From NCBI GenBank assembly GCA_963664375.1, contig OY761449.1, positions 1,547,087 through 1,611,086 on the forward strand: a DNA stretch of 64,000 bases, given 5' to 3'. Shown here piece by piece: positions 50,155 through 58,463 of the stretch (position 1 is its first letter; every line of letters begins with the position of its first letter). Both the position numbers and the translations under genes were made by a program. The stretch comes from Dehalococcoidia bacterium (GTDB lineage: Bacteria; Chloroflexota; Dehalococcoidia; Lucifugimonadales; UBA3495). The notes under the pieces are model-generated. The model saw nothing but the letters and a program-made list of their open reading frames with translations, made no database searches and was not told where the DNA came from.

Positions 50155-53007
50155 ATGGAAGACCGCCGCAATTCCCGACTGGAAGCCCGGCCTGGGGAGC
50201 AAATCGACCGCTCTCAGGCTGTTGAGTTCGAATTCGACGGCCAGTCGGTTATGGGTTTCAAAGGCGACACGATAGCGTCGGCGCTGTTTGCCGGTGGTCA
50301 ACGGGTATTCAGCCGCAGTTTCAAGTACCACCGGCCGCGCGGGCTCCTCTGCTGCTCCGGCAACTGTCCCAACTGCCTGGTAACGGTGGGCGACGAGCCC
50401 AACGTTCGCTCCTGCACCCGGCCCATCGAGCCGGGCCTGCAAGTCCAGAGCCAAAACGCCTGGCCCTCCCTGCGATTCGACATCCTCTCCGTTCTCGACC
50501 GGATGCACTGGCTGATGCCGGTGGGCTTCTACTACAAGGCCCTGCACCGGCCCAAGGCCCTTTGGCTGCTGGCCAGGCAACTGATACGGCGTGTAGGGGG
50601 GCTGGGCAGCATCGACATCAATGCGACTCACGATGATCATTTCATCACGGTGAACAGGCACGCGGATGTGGTCGTGGTAGGGGGCGGTCCCGCCGGGATG
50701 GCGGCCGCACTTGCTGCTGCGGACGGCGGCGCTAACGTCATACTCGTCGACGATCAGCCCAGCCTGGGAGGCCATCTCCGCTACAACGGTCAGGTTGTGC
50801 CCGACTCGTCGGACGGTGAGTCTAGGCCCGCTGTCGAGGTGGCCCGGTCAATGGCGGATGCGGTCGCACAGTCGCCGAATGTAGAGGTACTGAACGACGC
50901 GACTGTTTTCGGCCTCTACCAGGACAGGCTGGTGGCCGTTCTTACTGGCGAGGGTGTTGTACGGGTGCGGGCCAAACGGGTTGTGCTTGCTACCGGGTCT
51001 CAGGAAACGCCCCTGCTGTTTGAAAACAACGACCTTCCCGGGATCATGCTGTCATCAGCGGCTCGCCGTCTGATTTCGCTGTATGGCATTCGACCGGGAC
51101 GCCGGGTAGTCATCGCCACCGAGACCGGGGACGGCTACGAGACGGCGCTGGAACTGGTTGAGGCCGGTGTGCAGGTGACGGCTGTCGTGGACTCTTCGGA
51201 TACCCCACCTGGCGACGTTGCGGAAGCGGTGCGCGAGAAAGGCGTCACGGTGTTGCAGGGACACCAGGTCATCAAAGCCGTTGGCCGCGGGCGCGTAAAG
51301 GCGGCGCTGGTCGCGCCGATAGATGGCGTCGGTGGGGGGACTGCCCGCAGGATTCGCTGCGACCTGCTCTGCATGTCCGGGGAAGCACAGCCGGTTGATG
51401 CCCTCTTGCATCAGATGGGCGCCACTCAGCCCGGAGTTTCGCTGGCCGGGCAGGTTTGCGGCGCCGTCGGGTTGACGGAGATTGTCAGTCAAGGCCGAGA
51501 GGCCGGGCAACGTGCGGTTGCCGCTCCGTCACCCGAATCGGAGGACGTTCCACAACTTCAGGGTGAACCTGTCGAATCCCGTCCTGCAACAATCCTGCTG
51601 GCCCCCGGAGGAGGGGAACGCACCTACGTCTGTTTCTGCGAGGACGTATCGGCGCACGATGTAGACCAGGCCATCGACGAGGGGTTTGCAGACGTTCAGA
51701 TTCTCAAGCGTTATACCACCGTAACCATGGGGCCTTGCCAAGGGAAAATGTGTGGCAGGACGCTGGCAGGAATGTGCGCGGCCCGCAACGGGTCGAGCGA
51801 CAGCGTCGGCGACACCTACACCACGTTCCGTCCGCCCTACCAGCCGGTCACTTTGGCGGCTCTTGCAGGCCGGGAGCGGATGCCCTTCAAGCGGACATCC
51901 CTTGACCGCGTCCACCGCGACCTGGGGGCCAGGATGGTCGAATCGGGGCCGTGGCTGCGCCCTCACAGCTACGGCTCGCCTGCCGACGAATGTGCCGCGG
52001 TGCGGGAGCGTGTCGGCATCATCGACGTTGGCACCCTGGGCAAGCTGGAGGTTGTGGGCGGCGACTCGGGGCAGTTGCTCGACCGCCTGTACACCCACCG
52101 CTTTTCCGACCTCCCCACAGGCCGCATACGCTACGGGCTGATGACCTCCGACAACGGGGTCATCATGGACGATGGTACCGTTGCCCGCCTGGCGGAGGAC
52201 CGTTACTTTGTCACCACCACCTCGGGTAATGCCGATGTCATCGAGGAATGGTTCAACTGGTGGAACGCCGGCGCCGGCGCCGGGAATTGCGCCCACGTCG
52301 TCAACGTAACGGCAGCATACGGAGCGGTCAACGTCGCTGGCCCGCGGGCGCGCGAAACGTTGTCCAAGCTGACCGGTATCGACCTTTCGCCGCGAGCATT
52401 CCGTTACATGCGTTCGGCACGGGGAGAGTTGGCGGGTGTCCCCTGCCTGCTGCTGCGCATCGGCTTCGTCGGGGAGGCCGGGTGGGAGGTGCACTTCCCG
52501 GCAGAGTATGGCGAGCACATGTGGAACTCGATTATGGAGGCGGGCGAAGAGTTCGGCATATCCCCCTTCGGGCTGGAGGCGCAGCGTATCCTGCGGCTGG
52601 AAAAAGGACACGTCATCGTGGGGCAGGACACCGACGCCATTTCCACCCCGATGGACGTGGGGTCGGATTGGGCCGTTCGCTTTGACAAGCCGGACTTTAT
52701 CGGCCGTGGCGGGCTGGCCATCGCCGCCGAACGCGGCTTGCAGCAACAACTGGTGGGGTTCGTCATGCCCGGAACGCCGTTCCCGGAGGATGGTACGCCC
52801 GTACTGTCGGGTGCGAGACCGGTCGGCCGCGTTACCAGCGCGCGTCTCAGCCCGACCCTGGGCCGCGGCTTTGGCCTGGCTTTCGTGCCTCCATATCTGG
52901 CGGTCGAGGGCGAGACCATCCAGGTGCTGGTTGCCGACCATCCCGTGGCCGCCCGCGTAACGCTGGAGCCCGTCTACGACCCCGAGGGTCTGAGACTGCG
53001 GAGTTGA
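50155..53007 (+). CDS. soxA: sarcosine oxidase alpha-subunit family protein (NMG dehydrogenase alpha-like by context)
   Basis: 950 aa. It has a 2Fe-2S_4-like N-terminus (F.FDGQSVMGFKGDTIASAL), a DVVVVGGGPAGMAAAL Rossmann motif and a C-terminal GcvT-like folate-binding domain. Start chosen at MEDRRNS. Confidence 0.9.
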   Translation: MEDRRNSRLEARPGEQIDRSQAVEFEFDGQSVMGFKGDTIASALFAGGQRVFSRSFKYHRPRGLLCCSGNCPNCLVTVGDEPNVRSCTRPIEPGLQVQSQNAWPSLRFDILSVLDRMHWLMPVGFYYKALHRPKALWLLARQLIRRVGGLGSIDINATHDDHFITVNRHADVVVVGGGPAGMAAALAAADGGANVILVDDQPSLGGHLRYNGQVVPDSSDGESRPAVEVARSMADAVAQSPNVEVLNDATVFGLYQDRLVAVLTGEGVVRVRAKRVVLATGSQETPLLFENNDLPGIMLSSAARRLISLYGIRPGRRVVIATETGDGYETALELVEAGVQVTAVVDSSDTPPGDVAEAVREKGVTVLQGHQVIKAVGRGRVKAALVAPIDGVGGGTARRIRCDLLCMSGEAQPVDALLHQMGATQPGVSLAGQVCGAVGLTEIVSQGREAGQRAVAAPSPESEDVPQLQGEPVESRPATILLAPGGGERTYVCFCEDVSAHDVDQAIDEGFADVQILKRYTTVTMGPCQGKMCGRTLAGMCAARNGSSDSVGDTYTTFRPPYQPVTLAALAGRERMPFKRTSLDRVHRDLGARMVESGPWLRPHSYGSPADECAAVRERVGIIDVGTLGKLEVVGGDSGQLLDRLYTHRFSDLPTGRIRYGLMTSDNGVIMDDGTVARLAEDRYFVTTTSGNADVIEEWFNWWNAGAGAGNCAHVVNVTAAYGAVNVAGPRARETLSKLTGIDLSPRAFRYMRSARGELAGVPCLLLRIGFVGEAGWEVHFPAEYGEHMWNSIMEAGEEFGISPFGLEAQRILRLEKGHVIVGQDTDAISTPMDVGSDWAVRFDKPDFIGRGGLAIAAERGLQQQLVGFVMPGTPFPEDGTPVLSGARPVGRVTSARLSPTLGRGFGLAFVPPYLAVEGETIQVLVADHPVAARVTLEPVYDPEGLRLRS

Positions 53008-53011
53008 TGCC

Positions 53012-53734
53012 TTGATCACCACAACACCGGAACGCCGCACCGCCATGTATCACTCCCAGTTGGAGATGGGAGCAGTGATGGATGACGCCGATGGCTGGCA
53101 GTTGCCCCTGCATTATGGTGATGCCGGGCAGGAATCTACATGGCTGTGGGAAACCGTGGGCGTCTCGGACGTTAGTTCAATCGGAAAGGTCAGGGTAGTC
53201 GGCAGGGAGGCGGCCAGCGTCGTAGCCATGCTGGTGGCCGTGGCTGGTGGGCAGGGTATCAACACCGTCGCCGAGGTAGACTCAACGCTGGAAAGGGGCG
53301 GCAAGTTACTCTCGGCCAGGCTGGCTGGCGACGAGTTCCTGGTCTTGACTCCGCCAGGTGTGGCTGCTTCCGCCGTGGCAGCGGTGCGACAAGCCGACAC
53401 CGGTTGCGCTTACGCCATCGACGTTACCTCCGGGCTGTGCGGCGTGGCCATCGTCGGGCCGGACACCCAGGCACTGATGAGCCGCATCACCGACGTGAAC
53501 ACCTCGTCGGCTGCCCTGCGGGATCTCACCTGCGTACAGTCCCGCTTTGCCGACGTTCAGGGCCTGTTGCTGCGTCGCGATGTCAACGGCATCGCCATGT
53601 ACCAGTTGTACGCTGGCCGGGAATTCGGGGAATACCTGTGGGAGGCGCTGGTGGAGACGGCCAAGGAACTCGGCGGCGGCCCCGTCGGCACACAAGCCTT
53701 GTTAAGTCTGAGAAGGCAAAACGGAGCGGAGTGA
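53012..53734 (+). CDS. soxG: sarcosine oxidase gamma-subunit family protein
   Basis: A GcvT-like small subunit (DVSSIGKVRVVGRE, GVAIVGPD) positioned after the alpha subunit. The start is uncertain (TTG 53012 or ATG 53045). Confidence 0.7.
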   Translation: MITTTPERRTAMYHSQLEMGAVMDDADGWQLPLHYGDAGQESTWLWETVGVSDVSSIGKVRVVGREAASVVAMLVAVAGGQGINTVAEVDSTLERGGKLLSARLAGDEFLVLTPPGVAASAVAAVRQADTGCAYAIDVTSGLCGVAIVGPDTQALMSRITDVNTSSAALRDLTCVQSRFADVQGLLLRRDVNGIAMYQLYAGREFGEYLWEALVETAKELGGGPVGTQALLSLRRQNGAE

Positions 53735-54990
53735 AAGAAGTGTTTCAACTGTTCCGGAAAAACCGAATGTGGCAACCCCGGCCTCTCAAGGACCGGTATC
53801 GCGTCGTCATCATCGGCGGCGGAGTGCACGGGCTGGCCACCGCCTACTACCTGACCAAGCTGGGCGTCAAGGACATCGCCGTTCTTGACAAGGGGTATCT
53901 GGGCGGCGGGGCCAGCGCCCGCACCACGGCCATCATCCGCTCCAACTACCTGACCCTCGAGGGCATCCCGTTTTTCGACGAAAGCGTCAAGCTCTACGAG
54001 GGCCTGGCGAAAGAGCTGAACTTCAACATGCTTTTCAACCAGATGGGACGCCTGGACTTGGGCCACACCGACGCCGCCCTCTATGCGCTCCGCATGCGCA
54101 CCGAATTCAACCGCATACTGGGCGTGGACAGTAGGATGGTCGGGCCGCAGGAAATCAAGCAGCTAGTCCCGTCAATGAGTCTCCGCGAAGGGCTGCCCTA
54201 CCCGATCCTCGGCGCACTGTACCACCCGCCGTGCGGCGTAATCCGGCACGACGCCGTGGTCTGGGGATTCGGGCGGGCCGCTGACCAGGGCGGCGCCGAG
54301 TTGCATCCGTTTACCGAGGTCACCGCTATCGACGCGGCCAACGGGCGGGTGACCGGCGTCGAGGTGAAAGTTCCCTCTCCCTACGGGGAAGGATCAGGGT
54401 GTGGGCGTACCATCCAGGCCGACGTGGTGCTCAGCGCCACCGCTGGCTGGAGCAGCGAAGTGGCCCGGCTAGCTGGCGTTGATCTGCCCATTACGACTCA
54501 TCCGCTACAGGCCATGGTCACGGAGCCGCTGAAACCGTTCCTGGACAAGACGATTTCGTCGGCCAACCTGCACGCCTACGTCTACCAGACCGACCGCGGC
54601 GAGGTGGTCATCGGCGGCGGGGTTGACCCCTACCCTTCATACAGCATGCGGTCGGCGTTGCTGCCCATGGAGCAACTCGCCGGCCACGCGCTGGAGATGT
54701 TCCCCTGCCTGTCCAAGGTGAAGGTGCTGCGGCAATGGGCCGGGCTTTGCGATATGACCCCCGACTATGCGCCGATAATGGGGCCGGTGGACGGGCTGGA
54801 CGGGTTCATCGTTTCCTGCGGCTGGGGAAGCTGGGGCTTCAAGGCGGCCCCGGCGGCGGGCAAGAACATCGCCCAGCTAATCGCTACGGGTGAGACTCCC
54901 GACCTGATAAAGCCCTTCCGTCTCTCGCGGTTCCACGAGGGCAAGCTGGTCAACGAGCGCGCCGCCGCCCCCGCCGCCGCCATCCACTAG
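53731..54990 (+). CDS. soxB: sarcosine oxidase beta-subunit family FAD oxidoreductase (NMG dehydrogenase beta-like by context)
   Basis: GTG overlaps the gamma-subunit stop (GTGA). YRVVIIGGGVHGLATAYYLTK is a DAO-type Rossmann motif. It contains an in-frame REP1-derived segment at 54371-54406. Confidence 0.9.
   Translation: MKEVFQLFRKNRMWQPRPLKDRYRVVIIGGGVHGLATAYYLTKLGVKDIAVLDKGYLGGGASARTTAIIRSNYLTLEGIPFFDESVKLYEGLAKELNFNMLFNQMGRLDLGHTDAALYALRMRTEFNRILGVDSRMVGPQEIKQLVPSMSLREGLPYPILGALYHPPCGVIRHDAVVWGFGRAADQGGAELHPFTEVTAIDAANGRVTGVEVKVPSPYGEGSGCGRTIQADVVLSATAGWSSEVARLAGVDLPITTHPLQAMVTEPLKPFLDKTISSANLHAYVYQTDRGEVVIGGGVDPYPSYSMRSALLPMEQLAGHALEMFPCLSKVKVLRQWAGLCDMTPDYAPIMGPVDGLDGFIVSCGWGSWGFKAAPAAGKNIAQLIATGETPDLIKPFRLSRFHEGKLVNERAAAPAAAIH
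54371..54406 (-). repeat. REP1-like element inside the soxB-like CDS (in frame)
   Basis: ttccctctccctacggggaaggatcagggtgtgggcg compares with the intergenic copy ttccctctccctccgggagagggttagggtgagggcg (14863). It is translated as VPSPYGEGSGCGR. Confidence 0.6.
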
Positions 54991-55027
54991 GCAGGCACCG
55001 GTATCGGTTTCCTTTCGTACAAGAAAA

Positions 55028-55063
55028 TCCCCTCTCCCTTGAGGGAGAGGGTTAGGGTGAGCG
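55028..55063 (-). repeat. REP1 hairpin element
   Basis: tcccctctcccttgagggagagggttagggtgagcg lies between the soxB-like and amidase genes. Confidence 0.8.
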
Positions 55064-55116
55064 GTGAAATCCCACAGTAGTAACGACGTTTCCATTCCCA
55101 CTACCGGAGGCCAACC

Positions 55117-56520
55117 ATGACCGAAGAAATAATCTACGCCGATGCCGCCACCCTGGCGCAGCGCATACGCGACCGGGAGTTGTCGCCGGTGGAGGTGGCG
55201 CAGGCGCACCTGGACCGTATCGAGGCAGTCAACCCCAAGCTGAACGCGCTCATAGCATTCCCCGACGGCGTAATGGAGCGGGCGCGGGAGGCCGAGGCCG
55301 CCGCCGCGCGCGGCGAGTTCTGGGGGCCGCTCCACGGCGTTCCCTTCACCGTCAAGGACTGCGTGGATACCGAGGGCGTGGTTACGACGCGAGGCTCCAA
55401 GCTGTTCGAGAACCACGTCCCCCACGCCGATGCCACTGTGGTCAAACGGCTCAAGGACGCTGGCGGCATATTCATTGCCAAGTCCAATATGCCGGAGTTC
55501 GCCCTGTGGTGGGAGACCGACAACCTGGTCTACGGGCGCACGGAAAACCCGTGGATGATCGGACGCACGCCCGGCGGCTCCAGTGGTGGTGAGGCCGCCG
55601 CCGTCGCGTCGGGCATGTCGCCGCTGGGAATCGGCAGCGACGTGGGCGGCTCCATCCGCGAGCCAGCCAACTACTGCGGAATCGTCGGCCTCAAGGCCAC
55701 CCACGGGCGTATCCCCCTGACCGGCCACTGGCCCGAGACCCTGCTGCGGTTCATGCACGTTGGCCCCATCGTCCGCAGCGTGGGCGATGCTGCTCTCGCC
55801 CTTAGTCTCATGGCCGGCCCCGACGGCGTAGACCACTACGCCCTGCCCGTGCCGGTCGCCGACGTGTCGCAATTCGGCTCGCCAGCGGGATTGCGGGTTG
55901 CCTGGTGCCCGGAGGGGCCATTCGCTCCCGTTGACCGGCAAGTGCAGGACACGGTGACATCGGCGGCGACCGCGCTTGGCGAGCTTGGCTGCACTGTCGA
56001 AGAGGTTGGGCTGGAGGGTTGGGAGAGCTGGCCGGGGCAGCAGATTTCGGCCCGCATTTTTGCCGCCGAGGGCAACGTCTACCTTCACCCCATCATAGAG
56101 GGCCGCAAGGACATGCTGGCACTGTCCATGCAACGCCGCCTCCAGATCCCAGGCCCTAGCTACGACGAATACCTGGAGGCCATGGAGCAGGTCGAACAGC
56201 TGCGGGCGGCGTGTATCAAGCTGTTCCAGGACTACGACGTTTTGCTCCTGCCCGCCGGCCCCGTCATTGCCCACCCCCATGACACGCGGCGCCATGAGGT
56301 GGGCGGGGATACCGCGCCTGCGCGCCACGCCCTGACCTGCACCGTGCCGTTCGACCTCACCGGGTCACCTGCGCTCTCGTTGCCCTTCGGCGCAAGCAGC
56401 GAGGGCCTGCCCATCGGCGTGCAGATCGTGGGGCGCCATTACGAGGAAGCCACCGTCCTCCGCGCTGGCGCGGCGCTGGAGGAACTGCACCGCCCCCGCC
56501 GTGGCCGTCCGTCGCTGTGA
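55117..56520 (+). CDS. amidase (amidase-signature family)
   Basis: 467 aa. GGSSGGEAAAVASGMSPLGIGSDVGGSIR is the AS signature. Confidence 0.88.
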   Translation: MTEEIIYADAATLAQRIRDRELSPVEVAQAHLDRIEAVNPKLNALIAFPDGVMERAREAEAAAARGEFWGPLHGVPFTVKDCVDTEGVVTTRGSKLFENHVPHADATVVKRLKDAGGIFIAKSNMPEFALWWETDNLVYGRTENPWMIGRTPGGSSGGEAAAVASGMSPLGIGSDVGGSIREPANYCGIVGLKATHGRIPLTGHWPETLLRFMHVGPIVRSVGDAALALSLMAGPDGVDHYALPVPVADVSQFGSPAGLRVAWCPEGPFAPVDRQVQDTVTSAATALGELGCTVEEVGLEGWESWPGQQISARIFAAEGNVYLHPIIEGRKDMLALSMQRRLQIPGPSYDEYLEAMEQVEQLRAACIKLFQDYDVLLLPAGPVIAHPHDTRRHEVGGDTAPARHALTCTVPFDLTGSPALSLPFGASSEGLPIGVQIVGRHYEEATVLRAGAALEELHRPRRGRPSL

Positions 56521-56611
56521 TGCGGTCATTCCGGGAAGTATATGCCGGTAGGCTGTGGTAAACTTCGGCGCAGCAGATGACACGAATTACGAAAAATATG
56601 GAGGAAAAGGA

Positions 56612-58291
56612 ATGCCTGAATACGACCTCGTAATCCGCGGCGGCACCGTAATCGACGGCACCGGCATCCCCCGCGTTCGCGCCGACCTCGCCATCAAGGA
56701 CGGGCGGGTGGCCATGATCAGCGGGCGCATCCACGGCGGCGGAGCGAAGGAACTGGACGCCAGCGGCTGCATCGTTGCTCCGGGCGCCGTAGACCTGCAC
56801 ACCCATTACGACGCGCAACTCAACTGGGATCCCTACGCTTCTCTGTCAGGACAGTTCGGCGTAACTTCGCTCACTGTCGGACAGTGCGGCTTCGGCTTTG
56901 CCCCCACCCGTCCCGAAGACCGCGACCTGAACATGCGGATGATGAACCGCATCGAGGCCATTCCACTGGAATCCATGCGCCAGGGAATGCGCTGGGACTG
57001 GGAGACATTCCCGGAATACATGGATAGCCTTGACCGTCAGGGTTTGGGCGTCAACGTGGGCTGCCTGGTGCCTTTCTCGCCGCTGCGGGGCTATGTCCTG
57101 GGCATGATCCCGGCCCGCGAGCGCACATCGGTCACCGAGGGCGAACTGAATCAGATGAAGCAAATACTGTTCGAGGCGATGCAGGCTGGCGCCTTCGGAC
57201 TGTCTGCTGACAAAAACCTGGAGGACCGGCCCGAGGATGGCAGTTGGCTGCCCAGCCACGTTGCGTCTAAGGAGGAGTTCCTGGCGCTGTCGCAGGTGCT
57301 GTCCCAGTTCGGCGTGGGTCACCTAGGCTGGACCATCGGCATCTCCGACGACCAGGCCGGACAGCGGGACATGCTCGCCGAGATGGTGCGCATGAGCGGC
57401 CGCCCGCTGCACGTGGCCCTGGGCAGCGACCCCGACAGCTATAACTGGCTGAATGCCATGCGCAACGAGGGGCTGCCGGTAGTCTCCCAGGAGCTGGCGG
57501 TGCCGCTGATTTCCGAGTTCAAATTGTCGGAATACAACCTGTTCGACTACATGCCCACTTGGGTGCAGCCGCTGGTTGGCACCAAGGAAGAGCGGATTGC
57601 CAAGCTGTCCGAGGACGGAATCCGGGTTGGCATGAAGCGCGACGTGATTGAGCGCCCGCACCCGCGGACCGACTGGAAGCAGGTGCAGGTTGTTGAGGTG
57701 GCTCACGAGCGCAACCTGAAATACGAGGGGCTGAGCATCGCCGACATTGCCGAGGCCGAAGGCAAGGACGGCCTGGACGTGTTCCTCGATCTGGCCCTGG
57801 ACGAGGACCTGGAGACCGAATTCGCCCACCCCGCGGGCGCCACTCCCATGGACCAGATGGGGCAGGCCATCTCCAACGACTATGCCCACATTTCCGTGTC
57901 CGACGGCGGCGCTCACACCCGGTTCTTGGTCAACAGCATCTGGCCGGTTTACTTCCTGGCCCACTGGATCCGGGAGGAAAACCTGATGAGCCTGGAGCGT
58001 GCCCACCAGAAGATGAGCGCGCTGCCAGCCTGGTTCTCCGATATGAAGAACCGCGGCACCCTTCGGATTGGCGACTTCGCCGACGTCATGATCTACAACA
58101 TGGACGAGCTGGGCCTGCTCTTTGACAAGCCCCAGTTCGCCACCGACTTCCCCGGCGGCGAGAAGCGCCTGATCCAGATGCCCACCGGCATCCGCTACAT
58201 CCTGGTCAACGGCACGGTCACGTTCCAGGAAAACGAGTGCACCAACGCCCTGCCCGGCAAGCTGCTCCGCAGCTACGAACAGGTCGGATAG
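56612..58291 (+). CDS. N-acyl-D-amino-acid deacylase (D-aminoacylase) family amidohydrolase, copy 1
   Basis: YDLVIRGGTVIDGTGIPRVRADLAIKDGRVAMI......LDASGCIVAPGAVDLHTHYD. Start taken at MPEYDL. Confidence 0.85.
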   Translation: MPEYDLVIRGGTVIDGTGIPRVRADLAIKDGRVAMISGRIHGGGAKELDASGCIVAPGAVDLHTHYDAQLNWDPYASLSGQFGVTSLTVGQCGFGFAPTRPEDRDLNMRMMNRIEAIPLESMRQGMRWDWETFPEYMDSLDRQGLGVNVGCLVPFSPLRGYVLGMIPARERTSVTEGELNQMKQILFEAMQAGAFGLSADKNLEDRPEDGSWLPSHVASKEEFLALSQVLSQFGVGHLGWTIGISDDQAGQRDMLAEMVRMSGRPLHVALGSDPDSYNWLNAMRNEGLPVVSQELAVPLISEFKLSEYNLFDYMPTWVQPLVGTKEERIAKLSEDGIRVGMKRDVIERPHPRTDWKQVQVVEVAHERNLKYEGLSIADIAEAEGKDGLDVFLDLALDEDLETEFAHPAGATPMDQMGQAISNDYAHISVSDGGAHTRFLVNSIWPVYFLAHWIREENLMSLERAHQKMSALPAWFSDMKNRGTLRIGDFADVMIYNMDELGLLFDKPQFATDFPGGEKRLIQMPTGIRYILVNGTVTFQENECTNALPGKLLRSYEQVG

Positions 58292-58316
58292 AAGACCGGC
58301 AAGCAATTGCGATTTC

Positions 58317-58340
58317 CGGGGCGCACAACTGTGCGCCCCG
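58317..58340 (+). terminator. terminator-like hairpin after D-aminoacylase copy 1
   Basis: CGGGGCGCAC-AACT-GTGCGCCCCG forms a 10-bp stem. It is the same module as the internal hairpins of the MITE. There is no strong T-run. Confidence 0.5.
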
Positions 58341-58463
58341 TCGCATTTCGTAGCGGCACAGCCATCCCGATGCCGTAGTTTGACACGGGCATGCGGCAAG
58401 CCTAAACTGCCTTCAATCCCCGTATAGCTGCCCTTACCACCATCCATTCTAAAGGAGATTGGC

